64,000 nt of DNA from Deltaproteobacteria bacterium (GTDB lineage: Bacteria > Myxococcota_A > Polyangia > JAAYKL01), in assembly GCA_016936575.1 (NCBI GenBank), contig JAFGXQ010000133.1:3843-67842 (forward strand), given 5' to 3'. Of the stretch, positions 1 through 9,314 are shown piece after piece. The translations under genes and the position numbers were made by a program. Under the pieces are notes generated by a model. It saw nothing but the letters and a program-made list of their open reading frames with translations, searched no databases and was not told the DNA's origin. Position 1 is the first letter of the stretch, and each line of letters begins with the position of its first letter.

Positions 1-218
1 AAAAACGATATGTCGAGCGCCGGCCCGCCTTTGGTTCCCGCGGGGGTGGCCACGCACATGCGAACGTCATCATATCGGCCCCCGGCACTCACTTTGAACC
101 CGAGAATGAGCGAGTTGTTTGTTACCTGATCGGTCGCTTCCTGCGCGGAAACCGTAGGTGCCGCGAGCCACAGGGAGAATGCTGCAACGGCGAATATTTT
201 AAATGCTCTTAATTTCAT
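1..218 (-). CDS. 5' part of a secreted protein (signal peptide MKLRAFKIFAVAAFSLWLAAPTVSAQE); gene runs off the window edge
   Basis: Reverse-strand translation from an ATG at 218 gives a typical signal peptide; no stop before the window start. Function unknown. Confidence 0.35.
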   Translation of the reverse strand, partial: MKLRAFKIFAVAAFSLWLAAPTVSAQEATDQVTNNSLILGFKVSAGGRYDDVRMCVATPAGTKGGPALDISF

Positions 219-532
219 GACTGTACCTCACAGTGGATTGCTGTATGAAAAACCGCCATTGAACGGCTTCATCCCGATTTTGTCTGTCTGGTGAAAGGAA
301 CCGCGGAAATGTTGTTCCGTGGCGATGGAAAAGGCAATTTATTTATTTTTTTTTTGGATGGACGGGTTGAATGGTTTCATTGAGTGTCTCAGTGGGGCCG
401 ATAAAAAAATGTCTCATGATCGGCGTGTGAAACAAAATTGTTTTCAAAATGTGGTTATGCTTGATGCACCGAAGGGGTTTTGCTATGTAGAAAGCGCCGA
501 TATTTCAGCCATTTGAAGAAAGCGGAGCAAGT

Positions 533-548
533 TGGCACATGGATTGCC
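533..548 (+). promoter_or_regulatory. Candidate sigma-54 (-24/-12) promoter, TGGCAC-N5-TTGC
   Basis: ttGGCACatggaTTGCc at 533-548 matches the RpoN consensus exactly. It sits about 20-50 nt upstream of the rubredoxin start, and a sigma-54 activator gene is present elsewhere in the window (53336-54373). Confidence 0.55.
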
Positions 549-599
549 ATAACCCGAGGCAACTGAATGGCTCATCAACGAGTGACAAGGAGAATACCG

Positions 600-761
600 A
601 TGAAGAAACAAGAATGTATTGCATGTGGTTGGATTTACGATCCTGAAATGGGCGCACCGGACCAGGGAATTGATCCCGGTACCGCATGGGAAGATGTTCC
701 CGACGATTTTACCTGCCCCCTGTGTGGTGTAGGCAAAGATCAATTTGAAGAACTAGACTAA
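600..761 (+). CDS. rub: Rubredoxin
   Basis: About 53 aa with two CxxCG knuckles (CIACGW...CPLCGVGK) and the conserved WIYDPEMG...GIDPGT..W.DVPDDF.CP pattern. The ORF also opens at 567; the shorter MKKQE start is chosen because rubredoxins are normally about 53 aa. Confidence 0.85.
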   Translation: MKKQECIACGWIYDPEMGAPDQGIDPGTAWEDVPDDFTCPLCGVGKDQFEELD

Positions 762-788
762 GACACATTTTATCCGGGGGAGGGTAAC

Positions 789-1310
789 ATGATTAAACAA
801 ACAGTTCAGGACGCGTTGAATGAACAGATTAACGCCGAGATATATTCCTCGTACATGTATTATGCGATGGCGTCGTATTTTGACTCCATCTCGCTGGACG
901 GGTTTTCCCATTGGCTTCGGGTGCAGGCGCTCGAAGAGCTGACGCATGTGCAGAAAATCGCAGGGTATCTGAATGAGAGAGGCGGTCGCGTGAACATGAA
1001 AGCGGTGGAAGCGCCTCCGAATGAGTGGGATTCTCCCCTGGCATGTTTCGAAGCGGTGTACGCGCACGAGTGCAAAGTGACGGAACTGATCAATAGCCTG
1101 ATGGATTTGGCGCTGGCGGAGCGCGACCACGCCACCGTGAGTTTTTTGAACTGGTTTGTGGACGAACAGACCGAGGAAGAATCCAACACCGATGCGGTGG
1201 TGCAGAAGCTGAAGCTGGTCGATGGCAACAAGGGTGGGCTGTTTATGCTGGATCGCGAGATGGACGCCCGCACATTTGTTCTTCCTGCGGAACTGACCGG
1301 CGTTTTTTAG
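789..1310 (+). CDS. ftn: Non-haem ferritin (ferritin-like diiron protein)
   Basis: 173 aa with ferroxidase-centre residues in ferritin order (EQINAEIYSSYMYY...ALEELTHVQKI...YAHECKVTELI); the size fits a bacterial Ftn. Confidence 0.8.
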   Translation: MIKQTVQDALNEQINAEIYSSYMYYAMASYFDSISLDGFSHWLRVQALEELTHVQKIAGYLNERGGRVNMKAVEAPPNEWDSPLACFEAVYAHECKVTELINSLMDLALAERDHATVSFLNWFVDEQTEEESNTDAVVQKLKLVDGNKGGLFMLDREMDARTFVLPAELTGVF

Positions 1311-1324
1311 AACGGAGACTTTTT

Positions 1325-2518
1325 ATGAGCGATGCGTTTACAGCGCTGAAAATTTCTGAACGTGTATATTGGGTGGGCGCCATTGATTGGGGACTGCGCA
1401 ATTTTCACGGGTACAAAACATCTAGAGGGTCTACGTACAACGCGTTTTTGATTCTGACCGACAAGGTGACGTTAATCGACACCGTAAAGCCGCAATTTTA
1501 CGACGAGATGATGAGCCGCATTCGTTCGGTGATTGAGCCGTCCAAAATTGATTACGTGGTATCCAATCACGCCGAGATGGATCACTCCGGTGCGTTGCCC
1601 CGCCTGGCCAAAGAGCTGAATCTGAAAAAAATCGTGGCTTCTCCCAAAGGCGTTGAAGCGTTGAACGATCACTTCGGTATGGGCGATGCGCTCGAAGTGG
1701 TGAAAACCGGTGATAAACTGGACCTGGGCAACGCAACGTTGAGTTTTATCGAAACCCGAATGCTCCATTGGCCCGACAGCATGTTCGCGTTTCTGGAAGA
1801 AGAAGGCATTCTGTTTTCGAACGATGCGTTCGGCATGCACCTGGCCACAGCCGAGCGCTACGCCGATGAACTGGACCCCTGGATTATCAAACGGGAAGCG
1901 GCAAAGTACTACGCCAACATTTTGTTGCATTTATCCCCCATCGTATTGAGACTGTTAGATAAATTTCCATCTTACAATTTGGATGTCAAGATGATTGCCC
2001 CGGATCACGGCCCCATCTGGCGCCAGGATGTGGGTACCGTGCTGCAATGGTATCGCGACTGGGCGGAACAGAAATCAACCAATAAAGCGGTGGTGATTTA
2101 CGACACTATGTGGCAGAGCACGGCGCGCATGGCGGCGGCTGTGGGCGGTGGATTGACGGACGGCGGCGCGCGAGTCGAGTTGATGCCGCTGGAGGGTGCC
2201 CATCGCAGTGACGTGGTTACGGAGCTGCTGGACGCGGGGGCGCTGATTGTAGGGTCTCCCACCATGAATAATCAGATTTATCCGACGGTGGCCGACGTGA
2301 TGAACTACATTACCGGTCTGAAGCCGAAAAATCTGGTGGGTGCCAGTTTCGGGTCCTACGGCTGGAGCGGCGAAGCCACCAAACACCTGGACGCCATGAT
2401 GGACGCCATCAAAGTGGATCTGGTTCAACCCGGACTCAACGTGAAATACGTTCCCTCCGAAGCCGACCTGGCCGCCGGCCGAGAACTCGGACTCGCCGTA
2501 GCCAAACGCATCGTCTGA
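1325..2518 (+). CDS. fprA: Flavodiiron protein / rubredoxin:oxygen oxidoreductase (metallo-beta-lactamase + flavodoxin domains)
   Basis: 397 aa. The N-terminal beta-lactamase fold carries the diiron motif HAEMDHSG; the C-terminal half is a flavodoxin-like fold. It sits directly downstream of rubredoxin and ferritin, the classic anaerobe O2/NO-detoxification cluster. Confidence 0.85.
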   Translation: MSDAFTALKISERVYWVGAIDWGLRNFHGYKTSRGSTYNAFLILTDKVTLIDTVKPQFYDEMMSRIRSVIEPSKIDYVVSNHAEMDHSGALPRLAKELNLKKIVASPKGVEALNDHFGMGDALEVVKTGDKLDLGNATLSFIETRMLHWPDSMFAFLEEEGILFSNDAFGMHLATAERYADELDPWIIKREAAKYYANILLHLSPIVLRLLDKFPSYNLDVKMIAPDHGPIWRQDVGTVLQWYRDWAEQKSTNKAVVIYDTMWQSTARMAAAVGGGLTDGGARVELMPLEGAHRSDVVTELLDAGALIVGSPTMNNQIYPTVADVMNYITGLKPKNLVGASFGSYGWSGEATKHLDAMMDAIKVDLVQPGLNVKYVPSEADLAAGRELGLAVAKRIV

Positions 2519-2767
2519 TTTATTTTCCGTCTCGCGATTCGCGAAATCACAGAACGCGGTCACTCCCAGAATGCGTGGGAATAATTCGCCTGGACAACCA
2601 AGTCTTTGGTTTCCATGTACAGCCATCACGCCGCGTGGGTGTCAATATAAATCGGCATTCCACTCTTTTGACCATTCGATTCCGGCGATGTCGTCCCCCT
2701 CGTCGCCCTGCTGATTAGTACTAGCAGAAAACGGACGTTGAATTTTACCGCTACCGCTGAATCGAAA

Positions 2768-3928
2768 CTATACCCATATTCGCGGGGCGCCGGGGGCGGC
2801 GCGGGTGACGATTTCGTAGTTGATGGTGTCGGCAAGTGTTGCAAGCTGTTCTGCACTGACGGTTTCATCGCCGTCGGTTCCAAGCAGGGTGACCACGTCC
2901 CCCTCCTGGGCGCCCGGAACATCGGTCACATCAATCATGGAGAGATTCATGCACACCCGGCCGACAACCCTGGCTCGGGTGCCGCGAACCAGGGTGTTGG
3001 CAGCGTTTGAAAATCGACGACTGTACCCGTCGGCGTATCCGACCGGGACAATAGCCAGTGTGGTTTTTCGGGTGGTGCGGAAGGTTCGTCCGTAGCCGAC
3101 AAATTCACCCGCCGGAACCTGTTTGATTTGGGTGATGCGGGTTTTCCACTGCATCACCGGCTGAAGTTCAATCTGAGCACGCCCCAGGGTGTGCGCCGAC
3201 ACGTTGGTTTCCTTGGACGGCCACAACCCGTACATTCCGATGCCTACCCGAACCAACTGAAAATAGGTTTTGGGAAATAAAATGGTCGCTGCGGTACAAG
3301 CGGTGTGCGGAAACGGAATATTTATCCCCAAACTATTCAATTTTTCAATAGAATTCTCGAATTGAAGTCGTTGAGAAGTCGCGAAATCGTGATCTGTGGT
3401 GTCTTCTATGTCGGCGTAATGGGTGTACGCGCCCTGGACGGAAAGCTGGTTCGAAAGTATGATTTTTGATACATCTTCCAGTTCTTCGAAGCGAATGCCC
3501 TGCCGATTGGTGCCGGTTTCCAATTTCAGATGGATAGGAACGTTCGTGCTCGGAAGGTTTGATGTATAATTATTGATACTTTCCAGCGATGGAATCGTGA
3601 GCTGCAACTCATACTTTGCTGCGATTTGGAACTGCTCTCCAAAAGATGGCCCCAGCACCAGGATGGGGGCGCGAAGCCCGGCTTTGCGAAGTAGAACGCC
3701 TTCTTCTACTTGAAACACCCCGAGCCAATCGGCCCCGAATTCCATTGCCGCTTCCGCTATCATCTGTGCATCGTGTCCGTATGCGTTTGCCTTCACTACG
3801 CAGAGAAGCTGCTGATTGGGCTGCAGCAATTGTTTGAAGGCGACAAGGTTGTTGTGCAGAGCGCTTTTAGAAATTTCTATCCAGCAGTTTCTGGGGGTTG
3901 TGGCTGTGCTGTGTGTCATGACATTCAC
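2768..3928 (-). CDS. alr: Alanine racemase
   Basis: 386 aa with the PLP-lysine motif VVKANAYGHD near the N-terminus; overall length and layout fit Alr. Confidence 0.85.
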   Translation of the reverse strand: MNVMTHSTATTPRNCWIEISKSALHNNLVAFKQLLQPNQQLLCVVKANAYGHDAQMIAEAAMEFGADWLGVFQVEEGVLLRKAGLRAPILVLGPSFGEQFQIAAKYELQLTIPSLESINNYTSNLPSTNVPIHLKLETGTNRQGIRFEELEDVSKIILSNQLSVQGAYTHYADIEDTTDHDFATSQRLQFENSIEKLNSLGINIPFPHTACTAATILFPKTYFQLVRVGIGMYGLWPSKETNVSAHTLGRAQIELQPVMQWKTRITQIKQVPAGEFVGYGRTFRTTRKTTLAIVPVGYADGYSRRFSNAANTLVRGTRARVVGRVCMNLSMIDVTDVPGAQEGDVVTLLGTDGDETVSAEQLATLADTINYEIVTRAAPGAPRIWV

Positions 3929-4022
3929 CTTTGGCTACACCGCATGGGTTGTCAATGTGTTTTCGAATATTTGTTGAGACAATCATTGAGGCCGTCAGCG
4001 TATTCCTGTAATACGAATTTTC

Positions 4023-5354
4023 ATGAGAATTGTTGTTTATTATTTATCAATGTGTTTCATTTTAGCCGGGTGTGGTCAGACGAAAAGCGGAAAGAATACA
4101 GATACGGCATCTGAGACATCAGAATCCTTGTCTCGTCACGATGCACAGAAGCGGTCGGGAAAGGACAGCAGAACCCTTTCCAATGCGGCCAGTACCGAAA
4201 ATCAGAACACCGTGGATCGCGGAATTCGTCCTCCCCGCGCGGAACCGGTTGTGGAAACATTGGAAGCACCGGTGTTTCCGCCGCCGCAGGCGGGGGCTAT
4301 GGTGGATATTCCCGGCGGTATGTTTTTGCGCGGCAGCGCCGTCGATGACGAGTTGCGCGAGCAGTTTGCCGAAAATGACCACATTTCAACCAAAATGAAC
4401 GCGTTTCAGATGGATGTGCTTCCATGGCCCAATGACCCGGCGATGCCGTTTACAACCGGCGTGAGCCGTTTGGAAGCGGAACAGCAATGCGCGTCGGTTG
4501 GTAAACGGCTGTGTACGGAACTGGAATACGAGTATGCGTGCAAGTCTACCGACAACCGGCGATATATCTCAGGAATGTTGTATAACCCCGGGTCTTTTCG
4601 AGATGTTCTCGGTGCACCGTCACCTTTCGGCGTGTGGGCCATGGGAAAACAACTGGAATGGACGTCGAGTGCTTGGGGGAAAGACCCGGATCAACAGGTT
4701 CGAACCGCCGTGCGGGGCTTTGCGCCGGGTCAGACCTTTTTGGATAAACCCATCGACGAGCCCCATGGCGCCCGCTGTGCCAAACGTTGGCGCTTCAGTC
4801 CCGATGAACAATCGGACGTGCTGGGGTTCCGGTGCTGCAAAGGGGAAGTGAACAAGGCGGCGTGTTTTATTGAACGACCGAGGCCGGCGCATAGCATGTA
4901 CAAAACCATGAAGCCCGAGGAATTCGCCAAAATCATTCGCAGCATTCCCCAGCTTGAAGCGGTGCACGATAACCCGCATATGTTCAGCAACGCCGATGTT
5001 CGCGCCGTACTTGCCAAACGGGGCAGCGATCGTGAACAGTTGGCCAAAGAGGGAATTCATTTTGTGTGGAAGCCGCTGCGTTGGATTCCGCGCCAGGGAA
5101 TGGAGTTGTGGTTGGCGGTGGGACGCTCTAATCGACATTCATTTGTTGTGGCGTTGCACGAGGTGAAAGACAATGAAGAGTACGTGCATGAATCGAGTAT
5201 GATTATTTGGGACAATCCCATTCCGCTGGCGCTGGTGTATCGCGAAGGGCATCGGGACGAAGTGTATTGGGCGCCCTGCTGGCGCTGCCGCGACGGCGGC
5301 GGTTTTGAATACGACGAAGAGAATAATCAGGTGATCATCACCAGTCGGTGGTGA
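4023..5354 (+). CDS. Lipoprotein with a C-terminal formylglycine-generating-enzyme (SUMF1/EgtB/PvdO) family domain
   Basis: Lipobox (FILAGCGQ), a low-complexity linker, then FGE-family hallmarks (DIPGGMFLRGS ... WTSSAWGK ... GFRCCKG). Confidence 0.5.
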   Translation: MRIVVYYLSMCFILAGCGQTKSGKNTDTASETSESLSRHDAQKRSGKDSRTLSNAASTENQNTVDRGIRPPRAEPVVETLEAPVFPPPQAGAMVDIPGGMFLRGSAVDDELREQFAENDHISTKMNAFQMDVLPWPNDPAMPFTTGVSRLEAEQQCASVGKRLCTELEYEYACKSTDNRRYISGMLYNPGSFRDVLGAPSPFGVWAMGKQLEWTSSAWGKDPDQQVRTAVRGFAPGQTFLDKPIDEPHGARCAKRWRFSPDEQSDVLGFRCCKGEVNKAACFIERPRPAHSMYKTMKPEEFAKIIRSIPQLEAVHDNPHMFSNADVRAVLAKRGSDREQLAKEGIHFVWKPLRWIPRQGMELWLAVGRSNRHSFVVALHEVKDNEEYVHESSMIIWDNPIPLALVYREGHRDEVYWAPCWRCRDGGGFEYDEENNQVIITSRW

Positions 5355-5388
5355 TGGCGAAAGACGCTTTTCGAAAAAGAGGTGTGAC

Positions 5389-5571
5389 ATGCCGACATGT
5401 CGAATCTGCAAAGACGAATTTGAAAAAGAAGACATGGTGACAATCAAATGGGGCGGACGCAAGGTCAAGGTATGTGAGGATTGCGCCGAGCGGGCCGAAG
5501 AAGAAGAACTGATCGCCGAAGAGAGCGAATCGGTGGTTCAGAATATGATGGGGTTCAAAGGGCGGCGGTAG
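5389..5571 (+). CDS. Small zinc-ribbon protein with an acidic tail
   Basis: 60 aa with CRIC...CEDC (a four-Cys ribbon) and an RBS-like AAGAGGTG upstream. Confidence 0.4.
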   Translation: MPTCRICKDEFEKEDMVTIKWGGRKVKVCEDCAERAEEEELIAEESESVVQNMMGFKGRR

Positions 5572-5580
5572 CGATAGCCT

Positions 5581-5820
5581 TTATTCTGCCCACGCGGGCA
5601 TGGCGCGTAGATAATGATCGGCGCGAATCATGGCCGTGTCCATGGTGACATCCGGCGAAAAGCTGAGCAGCCAGTGGGCGATGCCGGTTTGGACCGCTTC
5701 TCTCGGGTTCAATGTTCCGTCAGCCGTTGCGCAGTTACCGCAGAAATTTCCGTGAATCTGACCGGCCATCGGGGATTGCAGCGGCATACCGCAAGAATGA
5801 CAAAATTGCATGGTTTCCAT
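5581..5820 (-). CDS. Putative zinc-ribbon domain protein
   Basis: 79 aa, CHSCGMPL...CGNC. It resembles the short putative zinc-ribbon family often annotated as hypothetical. Confidence 0.45.
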   Translation of the reverse strand: METMQFCHSCGMPLQSPMAGQIHGNFCGNCATADGTLNPREAVQTGIAHWLLSFSPDVTMDTAMIRADHYLRAMPAWAE

Positions 5821-5939
5821 TTGATACCTCCTCGAAAACGCATCATCGCTGCCGGCGACCGATGCGGGTTGGGTTGTATCGCCACCTTACAACCCGCTGT
5901 TGACAACAGTATGTCAGGTTTCAGACGGTAAAACGGAGT

Positions 5940-6866
5940 CTATGCATTTTTTTTGACCAGCGCGGCGGCGTGATCATGAAGGGTTTGACGCACTGTCTTG
6001 GGAGACAATACTTCTACATAGCCACCGAAACTGAGGAGCCAACTGTAAATCCACTCACCTTCGGGCAAAGAAACCGCAACGTGAATGTGGTGTTTGCTTC
6101 TGCGGGTAATCTGATTGGGAAAAAAGGTATCCTCCACCCAGAAACGTGCTGCTGAATCGAATTGCAGCGCCAGGTGCACAAGCGATTGTTCGGCGCGCCG
6201 GTCGCTCTCTGCAGCAAACTCATCGTAGGATTTCTGGCGTCGTGCAAAATGTCTGGGCTGGGGAACGCAATTGCGGATGCGCGAAATTTTGAATAATCGG
6301 TAGTCGTTTTTCAGGGTGCAGAATGCGAAAAGGTACCAGGCCGATCCCTTGAACACCAAGGTCATCGGTTCTACCTCCCGGTCGCTGGTCTGCCGTTCGC
6401 TGTTCAGATAGGTGAAGCGAACGCAGCGTCTTTCTGACAGAGCCTTCTGAATACGTTCTAATGTTTTCTGGGTGGCGCCGGTATCCCCGAATGGTTTCAG
6501 CTCGATACGCAGTTCGTTGCTGAGGGCGTTCGCCTGAACCTTCGGCAGCAGGGTTGCCACTTTCTGCGTGGTACGCTGTATGTTCGCCTGCCCCAATGCG
6601 TTGCCGACACCTTTCAGCGTGCTGAGTATGGACAACAAGTCATCTACAGAGAACAGCTGACGCTCCAGAGAGTAAGTGTCCATGATTTCGAAGCCCCCGC
6701 CGACGCCGTTCGACGAAACGATTGGAATCCCGGCCGCATCAATCGCGTCTATATCGCGATATATGGTGCGCACGGAAACACCGAAGGTTTCGGCCAACTC
6801 CGGTGCGGTTATTTTTTTACGTTTGAGCAGCAGCAACACGATGCTCAGGAGACGATCAATCTTCAT
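5940..6866 (-). CDS. WYL-domain transcriptional regulator (YafY/PafBC-like: N-terminal HTH + WYL + WCX)
   Basis: The N-terminus MKIDRLLSIVLLLLKRKKITAPELAETFGVSVRTIYRDIDAI is a near-canonical HTH_11 / DeoR-N. The central region has the WYL-type signature (GSAWYLFAFC); 308 aa is typical length. Confidence 0.8.
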   Translation of the reverse strand: MKIDRLLSIVLLLLKRKKITAPELAETFGVSVRTIYRDIDAIDAAGIPIVSSNGVGGGFEIMDTYSLERQLFSVDDLLSILSTLKGVGNALGQANIQRTTQKVATLLPKVQANALSNELRIELKPFGDTGATQKTLERIQKALSERRCVRFTYLNSERQTSDREVEPMTLVFKGSAWYLFAFCTLKNDYRLFKISRIRNCVPQPRHFARRQKSYDEFAAESDRRAEQSLVHLALQFDSAARFWVEDTFFPNQITRRSKHHIHVAVSLPEGEWIYSWLLSFGGYVEVLSPKTVRQTLHDHAAALVKKNA

Positions 6867-6931
6867 GGCAACAGGTTGTACCGGCCCGGGCGCGGTTTGT
6901 ACAAAAAAAACCGTAATTGTTGACGCTACCG

Positions 6932-7465
6932 CTATTCGGGAAATTCGGTTGTCCCGAATGTATTGAAAAAGACGCTGCTTTTATCGAATTCGACCGGATC
7001 GTCAGGGGGGCGCACATTACTGTGACCGAGCAGCACCATGGAAAACGGTATCACCGATTTGGGCACGTTCAGCATGCGGCTGAACTTTTCGACCCGTTGT
7101 TTGATCGGATAGATTCCGGTCCAGAGGGCGCCGAGCCCCATGCCGTGGGCGGCCAGCAGCATGGTGTTGGTACAGGCCGCGCAATCCTGAACCCAGAACC
7201 CGCTTTGGGTTTCTTTGAACAGATCTCCGGCAACCACAACGGCGCATGGCGCTTTATCGGCCATGGCCGCCTGGGGGTGAATGGCCGCGGCCTGCTTCAG
7301 TATGTCGGGAGTGCACAAGACGATAAAGCGCCAGGGTCGGGCGTTGCCGGCCGATGGTGCGAGGTTTGCGTACTTTAGAATGTTAAACAGGGTGTCTTCA
7401 TCAATGGGTTCATTGCTGAATCGTCGGCTGCTTTTTCGAGTTTCGATGGCGGTAAACAAATTCAT
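6932..7465 (-). CDS. Nitroreductase family protein (FMN-dependent NAD(P)H oxidoreductase)
   Basis: 177 aa with the nitroreductase N-terminal signature IETRKSSRRF...PSAGNARPWRFIVL. Confidence 0.8.
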   Translation of the reverse strand: MNLFTAIETRKSSRRFSNEPIDEDTLFNILKYANLAPSAGNARPWRFIVLCTPDILKQAAAIHPQAAMADKAPCAVVVAGDLFKETQSGFWVQDCAACTNTMLLAAHGMGLGALWTGIYPIKQRVEKFSRMLNVPKSVIPFSMVLLGHSNVRPPDDPVEFDKSSVFFNTFGTTEFPE

Positions 7466-7752
7466 ATCAACAGGGTGTCCACCGGATTTCCGTTGTCAAC
7501 GTGGAATTTTGTTGAGTGTTTTTCGTTTGCGTGCACGATTCCAAGCAAATCCCTTCGATTGCCCGATTTGCACCGGCCATTTTTCTTCTCTGGCCACTCC
7601 CTTGAATTGCTGGAAAAAGCGAATTGTTATGCAATTCTTTATGGTTACGATTTTTGCAAAACTGGGCATGGGGCTTGCGTAGCGCTTTGGGGTGTGCGGC
7701 TGTGCATCGCGTTTCGTGTTTCAGATGCGCCCGTGTTTACCGAGGAGAGGGT

Positions 7753-9276
7753 ATGCTAACAACGATTACGTGCGGGTCGCTCAGCGGCATTAGTGCTGAG
7801 GCAGTGAAGGTTGAAGTGGACCTGGCGTTGGGTCTGCCGGCGTTCTCAATAGTTGGGTTGCCGGAAGGTGCGGTCAAAGAATCGAAGGTGCGGGTGCAGG
7901 CGGCACTTGGCAATGTTGGGTACGCGATTCCGCCGCGAAAAATTACGGTAAATCTCGCGCCTGCGGACTTGAAGAAAAGCGGCGCTGCATTCGATTTGGC
8001 GATTGCGCTGGGGGTCATCGCCGCCGCCGGGATGATTGATGGAAATTCGCTGAATCGAACGATGATTATCGGAGAACTGGGTCTGGACGGCAGTATTCGA
8101 CCGGTACCGGGCGCGCTACCGTATGTATTGCTGGCCAGGGAGCTGAATTGCAGCGCGTTGATGATATCGGCTGAGAACGCGAAGGAGGCGGCCGTTATCG
8201 GAGAGGTGAAGGTGTTGCCGGTGCGAAATTTAAGCGACGCAGTGATGCATTTTACCGGCGAACAACAAGTCACTCCCCATGCGGTGACAAAGTATCGTGA
8301 AACCATTGTCGCCCTTGATGTGGATTTATGCGAGGTAAAGGGGCAGGAACATGCGAAACGGGCGCTGGAAGTGGCGGCAGCGGGTGCGCATAATATCTTG
8401 ATGCTCGGTCCGCCCGGCTCCGGAAAAACCATGCTGGCCAGGCGTTTGGCCACCATTATGCCGCCTTTGGCATTTGAGGAAATGCTTGAAGTGTCGAAAG
8501 CCCATTCCGTACTCGGCCTGACAGATGCGTCCCGGCCATTGATAACGGTGCGTCCATTTCGCGCGCCGCACCATACCGTTTCGGACGCGGGGCTGGTGGG
8601 AGGATCGAATCCGCCGAAACCGGGAGAGGTGTCTCTGGCGCACAACGGAATTTTGTTTTTGGATGAGTTGCCCGAGTTCAAGCGAAATGTTCTGGAGGTA
8701 CTGCGGGAACCATTGGAGGAAGGCGAAATCACCATTTCCCGGGCTGCGGGCAGAAGTACCTTTCCCGCGTCGTTCAATCTGGTGGCCAGCATGAATCCGT
8801 GTCCGTGCGGATACTTCGGATCCGGGGATCGCGCGTGCATCTGTTCTGCGGCGAATGTGGAACGATATCGCGGAAAAATATCAGGGCCCCTGCTCGACCG
8901 CATCGACATCCATGTGGAAGTTCCGTCTGTGAAAGTGAAAGAGCTTACGGTGGACTCTGCGGCGGAATCGTCGCAAACGGTTCGGGAACGTGTACTAGAA
9001 GCGAGAGAGCGCCAACGACAGCGCTTCAAAAATACGCGCATTTCATCAAATGGAAAAATGTCCCTCTCCGCAATTAACGAACATTGCCGACTCGATGCGA
9101 CGTCGAAACAGCTAATAGAACGTGCCATCGAGCGGTTGGGTCTGTCCGCACGGGCGTATTCCAGAATACTGAAAGTGGCTCGGACCATCGCCGATTTGGA
9201 TAACCAGATCCATATCAAAGCGGCGCATGTGGCAGAAGCCATCGGGTATAGAAGTCTGGACCGAAAGGGTCCGTAA
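7753..9276 (+). CDS. comM: YifB/ComM family Mg-chelatase-like AAA+ ATPase
   Basis: An N-terminal Lon-protease-like ChlI domain ([10 protein letters not shown]...[18 protein letters not shown]), then Walker A GPPGSGKT, Walker [10 protein letters not shown] and a C-terminal Mg-chelatase domain. ATG at 7753 chosen within the longer ORF 7624-9276. Confidence 0.85.
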   Translation: MLTTITCGSLSGISAEAVKVEVDLALGLPAFSIVGLPEGAVKESKVRVQAALGNVGYAIPPRKITVNLAPADLKKSGAAFDLAIALGVIAAAGMIDGNSLNRTMIIGELGLDGSIRPVPGALPYVLLARELNCSALMISAENAKEAAVIGEVKVLPVRNLSDAVMHFTGEQQVTPHAVTKYRETIVALDVDLCEVKGQEHAKRALEVAAAGAHNILMLGPPGSGKTMLARRLATIMPPLAFEEMLEVSKAHSVLGLTDASRPLITVRPFRAPHHTVSDAGLVGGSNPPKPGEVSLAHNGILFLDELPEFKRNVLEVLREPLEEGEITISRAAGRSTFPASFNLVASMNPCPCGYFGSGDRACICSAANVERYRGKISGPLLDRIDIHVEVPSVKVKELTVDSAAESSQTVRERVLEARERQRQRFKNTRISSNGKMSLSAINEHCRLDATSKQLIERAIERLGLSARAYSRILKVARTIADLDNQIHIKAAHVAEAIGYRSLDRKGP

Positions 9277-9314
9277 CTGCTGTAAAAAGCCATGCCATAG
9301 GAAAAGGAGAAGCA

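Noticed and set aside
7624-9293. A long reverse-strand ORF (7737-9293, 518 aa) overlapping comM
   Set aside because: It is an Ala/Ser/Arg-rich shadow ORF antisense to a gene with strong AAA+/Mg-chelatase motifs. It has no recognisable domain, and its composition is typical of GC-rich antisense frames.
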